A DNA stretch of 64,000 nucleotides from Vallitaleaceae bacterium (GTDB lineage: Bacteria > Bacillota > Clostridia > Lachnospirales > Vallitaleaceae): positions 25,594 through 89,593 of the forward strand of contig CAXXSW010000003.1 in the NCBI GenBank assembly GCA_963677625.2, given 5' to 3'. Each line of letters begins with the position of its first letter. The first letter of the stretch is position 1. The notes under the pieces were generated by a model. The model was not told where the DNA came from, did not search any database, and worked only from the letters and a program-made list of their open reading frames with translations. The position numbers and the translations under genes were made by a program. Of this stretch, positions 39,350-49,364 are shown piece by piece.

Positions 39350-39832
39350 TTATAACTCCAAATATTGACCTAATCCTTCCTTTACCGCATAACTTTGATT
39401 CATTAAACGCAGGGTCTTTAAAGCTTCTTCAATATTCAACCATCGAAGTTCGTGATCTTCCTCAACTTGTTTTCCTTTAGGTTCTAATATCTCAACCAAA
39501 TAAAAGTACCCTTGAAGAAGAACATATCGGTGAGTTCTAGGTGTCAGTCCTGCCTGATTAGCTTGGGTAACAAATGATAGAACTTTAACATCACGTCCAA
39601 TTTCTTCAATGAACTCCCGTTTAATAGTCTCTTCATGACTTTCACCTTCTTCAATGCCACCTCCAGGCAAAAACCTTCCCCTTGGTGTATGGACAAGGCC
39701 TATCTGTATCATTTCATCCATTAACTTACCTTCAACTCTTTGCTCCAGCTTTCGAAAAGCAATACCATACGCTCCTGGTCTAGGCTCATAATCGATACCA
39801 TCCAATCTCTCACCAAACTCAATAATACTCAT
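39350..39832 (-). CDS. NUDIX hydrolase
   Basis: Nudix box GGGIEEGESHEETIKREFIEEIG. Confidence 0.9.
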   Translation of the reverse strand: MSIIEFGERLDGIDYEPRPGAYGIAFRKLEQRVEGKLMDEMIQIGLVHTPRGRFLPGGGIEEGESHEETIKREFIEEIGRDVKVLSFVTQANQAGLTPRTHRYVLLQGYFYLVEILEPKGKQVEEDHELRWLNIEEALKTLRLMNQSYAVKEGLGQYLEL

Positions 39833-40218
39833 ACCTTAAGCTTGCTTTCCCATTTGACCATTTCCTCATGCTTACCTGTCACACTGGTAAACACAAGTTT
39901 ACCACCAAATTTATTAAGATTTTTCCTGCATAATTCAGCCACTTTCAGTATATCCCTATTCTTGGTTGTGGACGTTCCTTTAATTTGCTCTAGAAGGGCG
40001 CCGTCATTAACAATAACTTCCACTTCCTCACCTTTCAAATCTGGAAACTCCTTTATTAAAAGAATAACAGAATATAAACCGATCAAGGCAGGTTTTCTAT
40101 ACTCATGATACACTTCTTTCTTTTTAAGGACTTCATCTCCATCATAAAGAACATATTTAAACTGCATCTCTTCCATAACATGATAAGAAGGAATTCCCTC
40201 TACATATAATTGTTTCAT
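39829..40218 (-). CDS. RNase HI-like (RVT_3) fold protein with degenerate active site
   Basis: LYVEG...V-x-V-x-x-NDGALLEQIKG resembles YxDG...DSxLVxxQxxG of RNase HI-like proteins, but the acidic catalytic pattern is altered. Confidence 0.55.
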   Translation of the reverse strand: MKQLYVEGIPSYHVMEEMQFKYVLYDGDEVLKKKEVYHEYRKPALIGLYSVILLIKEFPDLKGEEVEVIVNDGALLEQIKGTSTTKNRDILKVAELCRKNLNKFGGKLVFTSVTGKHEEMVKWESKLKV

Positions 40219-41024
40219 TCGTTTGACCTCCTAAAAACTTCGATGGCACCTCTAGCAGTGCCAAAACTTGGATTATTAACAACCTCATATTTAAAACCGA
40301 AAAAATCAGCATATTTATCAATTAACTGACATATAACCTGATTATTCAGCACACCACCTGCAAAGTAAACCTGGGTGTGTTTTTTAAATTGAATAATACC
40401 TTTTACCATAGAAATAATAGGTTCTACAACTAAGGAATGAATTCCCATAGCTACATCTTCTTGGCGCATTCCCTGTTTAGCAAAATTAGATACAGTAATA
40501 TCACTTTGAAACCAACTGAGATTTTCCTTGTAGATATCACTAATAACCAGATTAACAGCTTCAATATTTCCCTTTAGGGCAAGAGCTTCCACCTCTTCAT
40601 AATCAGTCATATTAAGAAGTCTTTGACTAAGACCTTCAAAGGTACCACCACCAATTCCAGTACCTGTAACATGAGTAAAGTCTCCATGTTCATAATATAA
40701 AATTGAAGTACCCGTCCCCATATTTACGACTATACCCCTATCTTCACCTATCTCTTTCACAATATTAGCAGCACATTCTAATTCATTATACCTATAAATC
40801 GGAAGCGGAAACTGACCTAAATCAACCTCTTGACCACTAACTAATGACGCTCCGGAACCTGTTAAGACTATGGCGTCATATTCCTTAGTCACAGCTCTTC
40901 CAATAATATTGTCCATATCATGACGGTAGTACTCCTCATAATAGTAGTCTCCATGTTTATATTTTACAACTTTGATCTTTGTCGTACCCATGTCAATACT
41001 GACAATTTTAATATCCTTATTCAT
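40215..41024 (-). CDS. coaW: Type II pantothenate kinase (Fumble/CoaW family)
   Basis: IDMGTT, VVNMGTGTSI, VTGTGIGGGTFEGLSQRLL, NLVISDIY, SNFAK. Confidence 0.8.
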   Translation of the reverse strand: MNKDIKIVSIDMGTTKIKVVKYKHGDYYYEEYYRHDMDNIIGRAVTKEYDAIVLTGSGASLVSGQEVDLGQFPLPIYRYNELECAANIVKEIGEDRGIVVNMGTGTSILYYEHGDFTHVTGTGIGGGTFEGLSQRLLNMTDYEEVEALALKGNIEAVNLVISDIYKENLSWFQSDITVSNFAKQGMRQEDVAMGIHSLVVEPIISMVKGIIQFKKHTQVYFAGGVLNNQVICQLIDKYADFFGFKYEVVNNPSFGTARGAIEVFRRSNE

Positions 41025-41034
41025 TTACCTGTCC

Positions 41035-41520
41035 TTAAATCAACTTCTCATAAATAACTACGTCCAACACACGGCCAAATTTCTCACCAACTTCTCGAAA
41101 ATGAGCACATTCAAAATAATCAGCACCTTGAAATAGTTTAATTGAAGCTTCATTCTCAGCACAGATAACCGCTAATAAAGCTCTGAAATTCTTATCTCTA
41201 GCAAAAGCTTCCATATGTTGGATACATGCCTTACCATAGCCTCTTCCATGAAAATCTTTGTCTAGGTAAACCGTTATTTCTGCTGTACGGTCATAGGCTT
41301 CTCTAGATTTATAGCGGTTAAGGAGACCATATCCGACAAGCTTATCTTCTTCAACTATGGCAAAAGATTTGAATCTCTCTAGTTCCGTAAAGCATAACTT
41401 CTCGAATTCTCCCCTACTTAATGGTTCAACTGAAAAAGTTGCCGTCGAATTAAGTACATAATAATTATAAATATCAAGAGCTTCCTCAAGATGGACTTTC
41501 TCAAATGGGATTATCACCAT
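41035..41520 (-). CDS. GNAT N-acetyltransferase (phosphinothricin acetyltransferase/YncA-like)
   Basis: IYNYYVLNSTATF, REAYDRTAEITVYL, GRGYGKA, VGEKFGRVLDV. Confidence 0.9.
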   Translation of the reverse strand: MVIIPFEKVHLEEALDIYNYYVLNSTATFSVEPLSRGEFEKLCFTELERFKSFAIVEEDKLVGYGLLNRYKSREAYDRTAEITVYLDKDFHGRGYGKACIQHMEAFARDKNFRALLAVICAENEASIKLFQGADYFECAHFREVGEKFGRVLDVVIYEKLI

Positions 41521-41568
41521 ATTCTTATCTCCTCATTGTACCTACTATGTCAACATATTATTTGTTCA

Positions 41569-43956
41569 TTACCTGCTTCTAGCTTCTGTAAGCATATCCT
41601 GAAGACTAGTAACCTCTGTCTTCACATCTGGTATAACACCCGTTTCATGTATATTCATTCCTTGTATGGTCCAGTATGCATTTACGACAAAAACACCAAA
41701 TCCATAGTTCATATTAACATTACCAACTTGCCCAACGCCCTTACCATAGGTAGTTTGACCAACAACAAGCGTGTTATCTGTAAGTTGCTGAAGACCTAGG
41801 GCAATCATTTCAGCACTGCTGGCGGTATGGTTATTGACCAAAATAAATATTTCATTAAAATCAAAATAGTCACCGTTACTATAATATGAAAAAGACTCTT
41901 CAATTGGTGAGTCCCAGTCACCTAAATACAAGTTAGGTAGTAGATAGTCAAGAATATGATAGGCACTGTCTGCATCTCCACCATAGTTTTCCCTCAAATC
42001 GATAATTAAGTTCTTATCTTCTGTATCCTTCAACCGACTTAAAAGACGATAGGTTTCCGTATCTGTCAAAGAAGAGAAAAAGTCAACATCCAATAAATAA
42101 TCTGAAGAATTAAGCCAAACACCACTTACCGATTGGGTCGATTCCGTGTCAAACATCATTTTAACCTCATCGGGGTAGACCATATAAGAGAAGATATCAT
42201 CTGTAAATACCTTTTCACTTATGGCATCCAAATCATGGCTGGAAAAACTATCATAATCCTTATACGATTCCCTTAATTCATCAAGTATAGTCGGATCATC
42301 CAAATACATATAATGAGCTTCTATATAATCAAAAAGCCAATCAGAAGGACTTTTTAAGACCATTTCTTCATAATAACTGCGTTGGTAATTTATAACTTCC
42401 TGAGAAAAGTCTCTAGTTTCCATCTCTTGAATAACCCGTTTAGCTTCATCAGCTTCACCATCATATAAATAAAGATCAATCAAATCACGGTAAGCCCTCT
42501 GATCATCAGGATATTTCTCAATAGACTTTTTTAGATGTTCCTTTGCTTGGGCAAATTCTCCAATTTGTTCATAAACATATGCCAACTCATAATTCATATT
42601 AATGGATTCTGTTTTTGTCTCAAACCGTCGGATAACATGAATCAGTTTATCATAATTTTCCTGAGCACTTAAAACATTAATCCATTCTTGCAATGCTTCT
42701 TCCCATTGGTCAAAGGCAGCTTCATCGCCTGATCTATTATTGACTAAATCTTCCAAAATAATAGCAGCTTCTTTATAATAAAAATTATAACTGTACATGT
42801 AGGCTACTTCTAGTTTATCAGTAAAACCGTCTTCAGTCATCAAGTCATAACGAGAAACCAGATTATATGCCTTTTGGTGATCTGTATTCAAGTAGTAAAG
42901 GTCAAGAAGATTATACCATATATTAAGGTCAAGGCTTCCATCATCTATAGCGTTTTCCGCAACAAGAATACCTTCTTCAAAATGGCCAGTATAGTTTGCC
43001 GCAACAAGAAAATTTGCTGTTATTTCCGGGAAATCTACATAGAAATCACGTTCTTGATTAAGAAGAAGTTTATAGTTTTCCTCATACGCCTGATAATAAT
43101 TCAAAAAATCTGATTGAGGTCCAAGAATGACATCCTTCTCTCCTAAACCATTCATTTTTTTCAAATAGACGTAGCCTCTTTCCCAATCCCCATATTCCAT
43201 AGCTACTGACCATGCTAAATCATATAGCCCCTGTGGGTCTTCCGGTACTTTTTTATGGTATTCATCAAACCATTGGGATGCCATCTTATAATTGCCCAAC
43301 TGATAATATGCTTCTCCAATATTGGACAAAACAAAATTATCTGCTCCTTCTTCCGCATCAATGGCCTTTTTATACATAGCTATTGCTTCATCATATTCAT
43401 ATAAACCATAAAGAGAATTGCCTAAATTTGTATATATATACGAAGATACATCACCAAGCTCAAGTCCCTTTTTACCATATTCCAGAGCTTTCTCATAATT
43501 TCCCAACCCATTATTTCCCCAGCATAGGTTATTATATATAGCTGTGGCAATTTTAATATCATCCAAGTCAATAATTTTTTCGGCTTCAAGTAAGACCTTA
43601 ACGGCATCATCGTAACGTTCTTCATCAAGATATGATAGAGCTATATAATTGAGACTTTCAGCGTCTAATTCTTCATAGGTATCATCCTCATAATCCTCTA
43701 TAACACTTTCTCCATGATCATGTAAATACTTGTCAGCAATTACCTCACCATCTTGATGGTTTAAATAGAGTGCCCATCTATAAAACCCAAACTGTATAGC
43801 CAATATCAATATAATAACAATGATGACAATACGATCTCTAGTCTTATTTTTTCGCCGACGCTCAATAATTCTTTCTTGAATTATATCATTCGTAAGATTT
43901 TGTGTCGTTTTATTATGAAGCGGTTTATATTCTCTTTTTCCCTCATTCTCTTTCAT
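41569..43956 (-). CDS. Membrane-anchored TPR-repeat protein with C-terminal S41 peptidase domain
   Basis: One TM; TPR-like repeats (NLGNSLYGLYEYDEAIAMYKKA); IIDLRENYGG, TASSAEMIA (Ser), GQTTYGKG (Lys), GVIPD. Confidence 0.85.
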   Translation of the reverse strand: MKENEGKREYKPLHNKTTQNLTNDIIQERIIERRRKNKTRDRIVIIVIILILAIQFGFYRWALYLNHQDGEVIADKYLHDHGESVIEDYEDDTYEELDAESLNYIALSYLDEERYDDAVKVLLEAEKIIDLDDIKIATAIYNNLCWGNNGLGNYEKALEYGKKGLELGDVSSYIYTNLGNSLYGLYEYDEAIAMYKKAIDAEEGADNFVLSNIGEAYYQLGNYKMASQWFDEYHKKVPEDPQGLYDLAWSVAMEYGDWERGYVYLKKMNGLGEKDVILGPQSDFLNYYQAYEENYKLLLNQERDFYVDFPEITANFLVAANYTGHFEEGILVAENAIDDGSLDLNIWYNLLDLYYLNTDHQKAYNLVSRYDLMTEDGFTDKLEVAYMYSYNFYYKEAAIILEDLVNNRSGDEAAFDQWEEALQEWINVLSAQENYDKLIHVIRRFETKTESINMNYELAYVYEQIGEFAQAKEHLKKSIEKYPDDQRAYRDLIDLYLYDGEADEAKRVIQEMETRDFSQEVINYQRSYYEEMVLKSPSDWLFDYIEAHYMYLDDPTILDELRESYKDYDSFSSHDLDAISEKVFTDDIFSYMVYPDEVKMMFDTESTQSVSGVWLNSSDYLLDVDFFSSLTDTETYRLLSRLKDTEDKNLIIDLRENYGGDADSAYHILDYLLPNLYLGDWDSPIEESFSYYSNGDYFDFNEIFILVNNHTASSAEMIALGLQQLTDNTLVVGQTTYGKGVGQVGNVNMNYGFGVFVVNAYWTIQGMNIHETGVIPDVKTEVTSLQDMLTEARSR

Positions 43957-44169
43957 ACGCTCTTCCTCATGACACATCACTGACTCAAGATTAACATGAA
44001 TAGCCTAAGACCTCTCATCTATGATTTAAGTCATTTAAACATTCATTCCTATCTTAATCTTATACCTTCTACTTTAACTATGAACATATACTTTAAGATT
44101 ATAACATAGATATCTATCTAGGTAGTTATAAAATTAGAAAGTATCATTGGCCTGTCTTTGCACAAAAAA

Positions 44170-44209
44170 GGAGCCTCGGCTCAGTAACATCTAACTAGCC
44201 TCGGGCTCC
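44170..44209 (-). terminator. Probable terminator of trxA
   Basis: GGAGCC...GGCTCC imperfect hairpin with minus-strand TTTTTTGTG tail, 30 nt after the stop. Confidence 0.6.
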
Positions 44210-44240
44210 TAAATCATCATATTAAAGTAATAAGTTAATT

Positions 44241-44558
44241 TTATAATTGTGCTTTAAGCTTACCTTCAATTGTAGCTCGTGGAACAGCTCCTACGATTGT
44301 ATCAACTACTTGACCACCTTTAAAGATTAAAAGTGTTGGAATACTCATAACACGGTAGTTTTGAGCGGTTGCTTGGTTAGCATCTACATCAAGCTTAACG
44401 ATTTTTGCTTGTCCTTCATACTCACCAGCTAATTGTTCAACAACTGGTCCAATCATCTTACAAGGTCCACACCAATCTGCGTAAAAATCAACTAATACCG
44501 GTAAATCTGATTGTAGTACTTCTGTTGCAAAATTTCCATCTGTTACATATGCTGCCAT
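44241..44558 (-). CDS. trxA: Thioredoxin
   Basis: LVDFYADWCGPCKMIGP, VMSIPTL. Confidence 0.97.
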   Translation of the reverse strand: MAAYVTDGNFATEVLQSDLPVLVDFYADWCGPCKMIGPVVEQLAGEYEGQAKIVKLDVDANQATAQNYRVMSIPTLLIFKGGQVVDTIVGAVPRATIEGKLKAQL

Positions 44559-44778
44559 TTTAATTCCTCCTTCGAATATGGGTTTTTCACCCTTATATTG
44601 ACATTTTTCTCACATTCTTTAATAATAGTAAGAATCATTCTTAATATCTCAGTTCAAAATCATTATATTACGTTTTTACAATATAGTCAATACCTAATTT
44701 TTAAAGTCTTACAACTAACGTTGAATAACCCTTGATTATCTGATATGATACTGAGGAAATCTATTTTGGGAGGTAATC

Positions 44779-45828
44779 ATGTTTTCTACAAAAAAAGGTA
44801 ATCTATTCGCATTATTTTTCGTCATACATTTTTTAGCAGGTAACCTGGTCCTAGCTCTTCTATTAGCAAACTTTCCAACATCAACTAGCGTTCTACCAGC
44901 TATTGGATTGACTCAAATCCTCTTGGTCTTCATGCCATCCTTTTATCATCGTTTATTATTTAGGACACCCATAAAGTCAACTTTTCGTCTTTACAAGACT
45001 AATCCCCTAAATTTTTTACTCAGCGCATTACTGGCCTTGACATCCATACCACTTGTCATGTTAGTCAATCTCATCAGTCAATTTATGTTTAAGCCTGCCC
45101 TAGATGAAACACTATCTAATATAGGTAACGAGAATTATTTGTTAGCTATTCTAGTTATAGCTGTTTTTCCTGGAATTTTCGAAGAGCTTATCTCTAGAGG
45201 TATTATTCTTTCACACTATAGAAACCATAAGATACTTGTAACTTCAACTTTTAGTGGTTTTTTCTTTGGTATGATGCATATGAATATGAACCAATTTATG
45301 TATGCTTTTGTCATCGGTTTTCTTCTAAGCATTGTGGTTCACATTACCGGTTCAATATTTACCAGTATGATCATGCACTTTATTATCAACGCAACCAACC
45401 TATCACTAGCTTATTTGGCATCTAGTGATCTCTTTTCCAATTTACCCGGTTACGATGAACAGCAAGTCATGATGGAACAATTAGACCATTCCCAATTACT
45501 CCTCCAGTCACTTGGACTTGTTATCTTTCTGTTAATCGTCTCACTACCATTTTTTCTTGGAATACTTTTTATCATGATTATGGTTAACGATAAATGGGAC
45601 CTATTAAAAGCCAACGCCTTATCTTATGAGTTTTTCCAAAATGAACTACCACTGGCTACAAACCAAGTCATGGATGATGAACTACCACTAGCTACAGACC
45701 AAATCATGGATATGGAAATCCCAACTGCAACCCCACCCAAGGAAAGAATTCTAACGGTTCCAATAGCCATAACTGTCATAATCTTTATTGCTGTAGCTGT
45801 ATTAACTGAGATTTTACCTACTCTATAG
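44779..45828 (+). CDS. CPBP-family intramembrane glutamic endopeptidase (CAAX protease/Abi)
   Basis: PGIFEELISRG (EExxxR), FFGMMHMN (FxxxH), HFIINA (HxxxN). Confidence 0.92.
   Translation: MFSTKKGNLFALFFVIHFLAGNLVLALLLANFPTSTSVLPAIGLTQILLVFMPSFYHRLLFRTPIKSTFRLYKTNPLNFLLSALLALTSIPLVMLVNLISQFMFKPALDETLSNIGNENYLLAILVIAVFPGIFEELISRGIILSHYRNHKILVTSTFSGFFFGMMHMNMNQFMYAFVIGFLLSIVVHITGSIFTSMIMHFIINATNLSLAYLASSDLFSNLPGYDEQQVMMEQLDHSQLLLQSLGLVIFLLIVSLPFFLGILFIMIMVNDKWDLLKANALSYEFFQNELPLATNQVMDDELPLATDQIMDMEIPTATPPKERILTVPIAITVIIFIAVAVLTEILPTL
45643..45732 (+). repeat. In-frame 36-bp tandem repeat (~2.5 copies)
   Basis: ELPLATNQVMDD / ELPLATDQIMDM / EIPTAT; units at 45643-45678, 45679-45714 and partial 45715-45732. 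Confidence 0.85.
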
Positions 45829-48124
45829 TATCAATTAATAAATCAACTATCTCTGGGTCATATCTTGATCCAGAGTATTTTTTTAGCTCTTCAACTGCTT
45901 TATCTTGTGTGAGAGCTGACCTATAAGGTGCATTCATACACATAGCTTCATAAGCATCAGCAACACTTATGATTCTTGCTAGAAGGGGTATTTCAGAGCC
46001 TTTTAATCCTCTAGGATAGCCCTTTCCATCAATATATTCATGATGGTTAAGTGCATAATCTGCAATCTCAGCATATCTATTGACTGACTTAAGAATATGG
46101 TATCCGATTTCAGGATGTTTTTTTACTTCCTCGTATTCAGCTAAGCTTAATGGTCCCTTTTTTTCTAGTAAAGAATTGCTAATACTTATTTTACCAATAT
46201 CATAAAGGTGTCCGGCAAGTTGAAGAAGTTTAACTTCCTCTTCATCAAGGCCCATTGCCTCAGCCATTAAAACCACCCTGTTACTGACAGCATCTGAATG
46301 AACTTTTTCTCTTGGATTGGTCTCATAAAAGGTATGAAGGATATTCTCAATAGTCTCATTCCTCATTCTCTGGCTCTCCGTCAACTTTTTACGATACATA
46401 TCCTCTTCGGCTTCTACAAAAATACTACTCATCGGTGTATCATCAGAGATTTTAGTAGCTAATCCAATAGAAACCGAAAGTATGATTTCATTAATTTTAT
46501 AATATCTTACTTTCGAATAAATTCTATCCATAATATCTTCTGCATTTTTTTTACTGGTATTCGGTAAGAGAACGACAAATTCATCCCCACCAATCCGAGC
46601 CACAATATCTTCACTTCGACACACCAAATTTAAAATATTGGCAGCCGCTTGTAAAAGTTCATCACCTTTCTGGTGACCAAAGGCATCATTCGTTAACTTT
46701 AAACCATTCACATCAATCATTAGAAGTGAAAGAGGATAATACTTATCCCTATCCAAACGAGATAACTCTTCTTCAAAAAAATGGCGGTTATGGAGTTTGG
46801 TTAACTGATCATGATAGCTAAGGAAAGTTATTCTTTCAAGAATTTTAACTTTTTCACTGGCATCCCTAAAGACCACAACCATACCCAAAACGTGGTTATG
46901 TTCATCAATAATCGGAGTAGCCTTTAACTCAACAGGTTTTTGTTTTCCATTCCTATCAACAAGGAGGTAACCACTCGTCAAATCAATAGTAGTTTTTCCG
47001 CTAATGACCTTATCTACTTTACAAACAAATTCTTTCCCTCTTTTTTGGTCTATAATACTAATAACATCACAAAAATACTCTCCAACTACTTCTTCAATGG
47101 TCCATCCTGTCACTTGAGAAGCCACTTTATTCATCATCTCAACCATGCCTTGCCTATCAGTGGTTACAACAGCATCTCCTAAAGAATATAAGGTTGTCTT
47201 TAAAAGGGCTCTTTCTTTATCAACAGCCTGCCTTGCTAAGGTCTGCTCTGTTATATCGTTGAAAACCACAAAGAAACGCATAAGCTCATTGCTGTACACC
47301 CTTACATTTAAGTATTTATCTAGCTTGGAATCATAACCCTCTATAGTTGTTAATCCACCTTCCCTTGCAATATCACCGCAAGTTTCAATCCAGGACTCGC
47401 TTATACTGGGTTGAACTTGCCTAATAGACTTTCCAACAACATCTTCCTTCTTAAAATCGGTAATGCGTTCAAAAGCCTCATTAATTTCCAAAAATTTGTA
47501 ATCAACTGGTTTCCCTTCATTGTCCAACATCATCTCATAATAAGCGACACCATCATTCATATTAGAAAACAAGGCATTATACTGAATACTTAGCTCCTTG
47601 TAAAAACGTCGCATCTTGTTGACCTTCAAAAGAAATATATTAATGGTAATCAAAAACAAGCCAACAAAAACCATAGCAATAACCCTGCTTCTTGTAGCTT
47701 TCTTTTCAGCTAGCACCTTATCAGAAATATCATGTACAATTGATAAAAGACTAATCTTCCCATCAATAAGAATAGGTGAGGTATAAACTTCAACATCCCT
47801 AATACTACCATCTGCAAGTTTATGTTTAAAAGTAAAATATTCTCGTTCTTCACTAACTGCTCTATCCATCTCCTCTTGAATTTCTTCGTCAGAAAGCAGG
47901 TTAATATAGCTTAGACGCTTGTCAATTAAGTCCTTACGATTATATCCATAGAAAACAAGAGCTGCATCATTAGCATCCTGAATACGACCGTCTTCTGGAT
48001 TAATAACAAGCATAACAGTAGAATGCTCGTTGATATCAATCATTAAATCTGAATCTTGACCATAAACTATAAAATTAGACAAAAAAACGACAAGGAAAAA
48101 AAGACTCACCTTCACACGCATCAT
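45818..48124 (-). CDS. Membrane-anchored PAS-PAS-PAS/GGDEF/HD-GYP protein
   Basis: Three PAS-like segments, DVNGLKLTNDAFGH, RIGGDEF, HHEYIDGKGYP; the HD motif reads YD (GHLYDIGK). Confidence 0.92.
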   Translation of the reverse strand: MMRVKVSLFFLVVFLSNFIVYGQDSDLMIDINEHSTVMLVINPEDGRIQDANDAALVFYGYNRKDLIDKRLSYINLLSDEEIQEEMDRAVSEEREYFTFKHKLADGSIRDVEVYTSPILIDGKISLLSIVHDISDKVLAEKKATRSRVIAMVFVGLFLITINIFLLKVNKMRRFYKELSIQYNALFSNMNDGVAYYEMMLDNEGKPVDYKFLEINEAFERITDFKKEDVVGKSIRQVQPSISESWIETCGDIAREGGLTTIEGYDSKLDKYLNVRVYSNELMRFFVVFNDITEQTLARQAVDKERALLKTTLYSLGDAVVTTDRQGMVEMMNKVASQVTGWTIEEVVGEYFCDVISIIDQKRGKEFVCKVDKVISGKTTIDLTSGYLLVDRNGKQKPVELKATPIIDEHNHVLGMVVVFRDASEKVKILERITFLSYHDQLTKLHNRHFFEEELSRLDRDKYYPLSLLMIDVNGLKLTNDAFGHQKGDELLQAAANILNLVCRSEDIVARIGGDEFVVLLPNTSKKNAEDIMDRIYSKVRYYKINEIILSVSIGLATKISDDTPMSSIFVEAEEDMYRKKLTESQRMRNETIENILHTFYETNPREKVHSDAVSNRVVLMAEAMGLDEEEVKLLQLAGHLYDIGKISISNSLLEKKGPLSLAEYEEVKKHPEIGYHILKSVNRYAEIADYALNHHEYIDGKGYPRGLKGSEIPLLARIISVADAYEAMCMNAPYRSALTQDKAVEELKKYSGSRYDPEIVDLLIDTIE

Positions 48125-48257
48125 ATCACTCTCCACACAATTAAAGCCATCATCTGCGGATCCCCATCCATCACGCCTAACTACATTTTACCACATATGA
48201 CAATCAATAACATCTGCCTTTTACTTATATTCCTTAGCCCTTTTTTGTTAATTCATC

Positions 48258-48974
48258 TTATCTGTCAGGTGACTCATCCAAAATGTCAGGGAAATTAGAA
48301 AAAACACCATCAACCCCCATATTTTCAAGGAGCTTTGCAGCTCTTCTGTCGTTTACCGTGTAAGGAATAACTTGATAACCATGATCATGACATTCTTTTA
48401 CAAACTCGGTATCCACACTATCTACCGATGGATTAACAGACCGACACATTAACTTTTCTGCATTCATATACTCCCAGACACGTAATAACCGACTCCCAAT
48501 AAGAAGGCCACATCCATTAATACCAATCCTATTTAGTTCTCTAATATAAGTATGGTTAAAAGAAGAGAAAACAACTCTCTCCATAGCCTTTTGATCCATT
48601 ACAACATCAAGGGTTCTTTCAAGTAAAGGCATAGGCATGAACGCCAAGCTTTTTAGTTCAATATTAACATTTAGCTGGGGAAATTTTTCAAGCACTTCTG
48701 CAAGCAAGGGTATTCTTGCTCCTGTAAATACCTCATTAAACCATGAACCGGCATCCAGTCTAGCGATATCCTTATAGCTTTTCTCACAAACCAAACCAGA
48801 TCCATTACTTGTCCTGTCCAAAAAGTAGTCATGGATAACAACAACTTGGCCATCCTTACTTAATTGAACATCAAGCTCAATACTTTTAACCCCCATCTTA
48901 TAAGCCTTCTCAAAAGCTTCCATGGTGTTTTCAGGAGCATAACCAGATGCTCCCCTATGTGCAATTACTTCCAT
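48258..48974 (-). CDS. Glycerophosphodiester phosphodiesterase
   Basis: IAHRGASGYAPENT, IELDVQLSKDG, VIHD, NIELK, YTVND, GVDGVFSNFPD. Confidence 0.95.
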   Translation of the reverse strand: MEVIAHRGASGYAPENTMEAFEKAYKMGVKSIELDVQLSKDGQVVVIHDYFLDRTSNGSGLVCEKSYKDIARLDAGSWFNEVFTGARIPLLAEVLEKFPQLNVNIELKSLAFMPMPLLERTLDVVMDQKAMERVVFSSFNHTYIRELNRIGINGCGLLIGSRLLRVWEYMNAEKLMCRSVNPSVDSVDTEFVKECHDHGYQVIPYTVNDRRAAKLLENMGVDGVFSNFPDILDESPDR

Positions 48975-49166
48975 ATTTCTTACCTCCCAGCTTCTATAAC
49001 CTTATGAAGATCCGTAGATTTCTATCTACATCTTCTGCTTCTTTAGTCTATTATAAAACGAAATCACACCTTCTTCAAACAGATATCATCCTTGTCCTCC
49101 CCAAGATCTCTTGATTTACTTATCCTCATATGTTAAAATCTTGTCATTACTTACAAAGGAGGGCCT

Positions 49167-49340
49167 ATGTTACCTAAAGACCCAATTATGCTTTTAAGCA
49201 CCGTTAACATGAAGCTACGTGACCACCATAAGACTTTGGATGACCTATGCAAAAGTCACAATATTTCTAGGAAAGACTTGGAAACAAAACTAGCTAAAGT
49301 AGACTATTTTTATGATTCGAAACATAACCAATTCAAATAG
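49167..49340 (+). CDS. DUF4250 family small protein (57 aa, below ORF-track cutoff)
   Basis: Own translation MLPKDPIMLLSTVNMKLRDHHKTLDDLCKSHNISRKDLETKLAKVDYFYDSKHNQFK; AAGGAGGG RBS. Confidence 0.85.
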   Translation: MLPKDPIMLLSTVNMKLRDHHKTLDDLCKSHNISRKDLETKLAKVDYFYDSKHNQFK

Positions 49341-49362
49341 AAAACTTTCCTATAGAACAAGA
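49331..49362. repeat. Right-arm half copy of the palindromic repeat family
   Basis: ATTCAAATAGAAAACTTTCCTATAGAACAAGA matches copy 3 (ATTCAAATAGAGAACTTTCCTATA) and copy 2 flank (CTTTCCTATAGAATAAGA). Confidence 0.6.
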
Positions 49363-49364
49363 TC

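Noticed and set aside
36241-44558. Selenocysteine recoding in the YedF-like protein or thioredoxin
   Set aside because: Both redox motifs (CGTC, CGPC) use Cys codons and the ORFs end at TAG/TAA with no in-frame TGA.
1179-49362. Repeat family read as a CRISPR array or as FRT/dif-type recombination sites
   Set aside because: Copies are 10-22 kb apart, not tandem with spacers, and no cas or recombinase gene is present; similarity to FRT is only a short GAACTT(T)CCTAT match.
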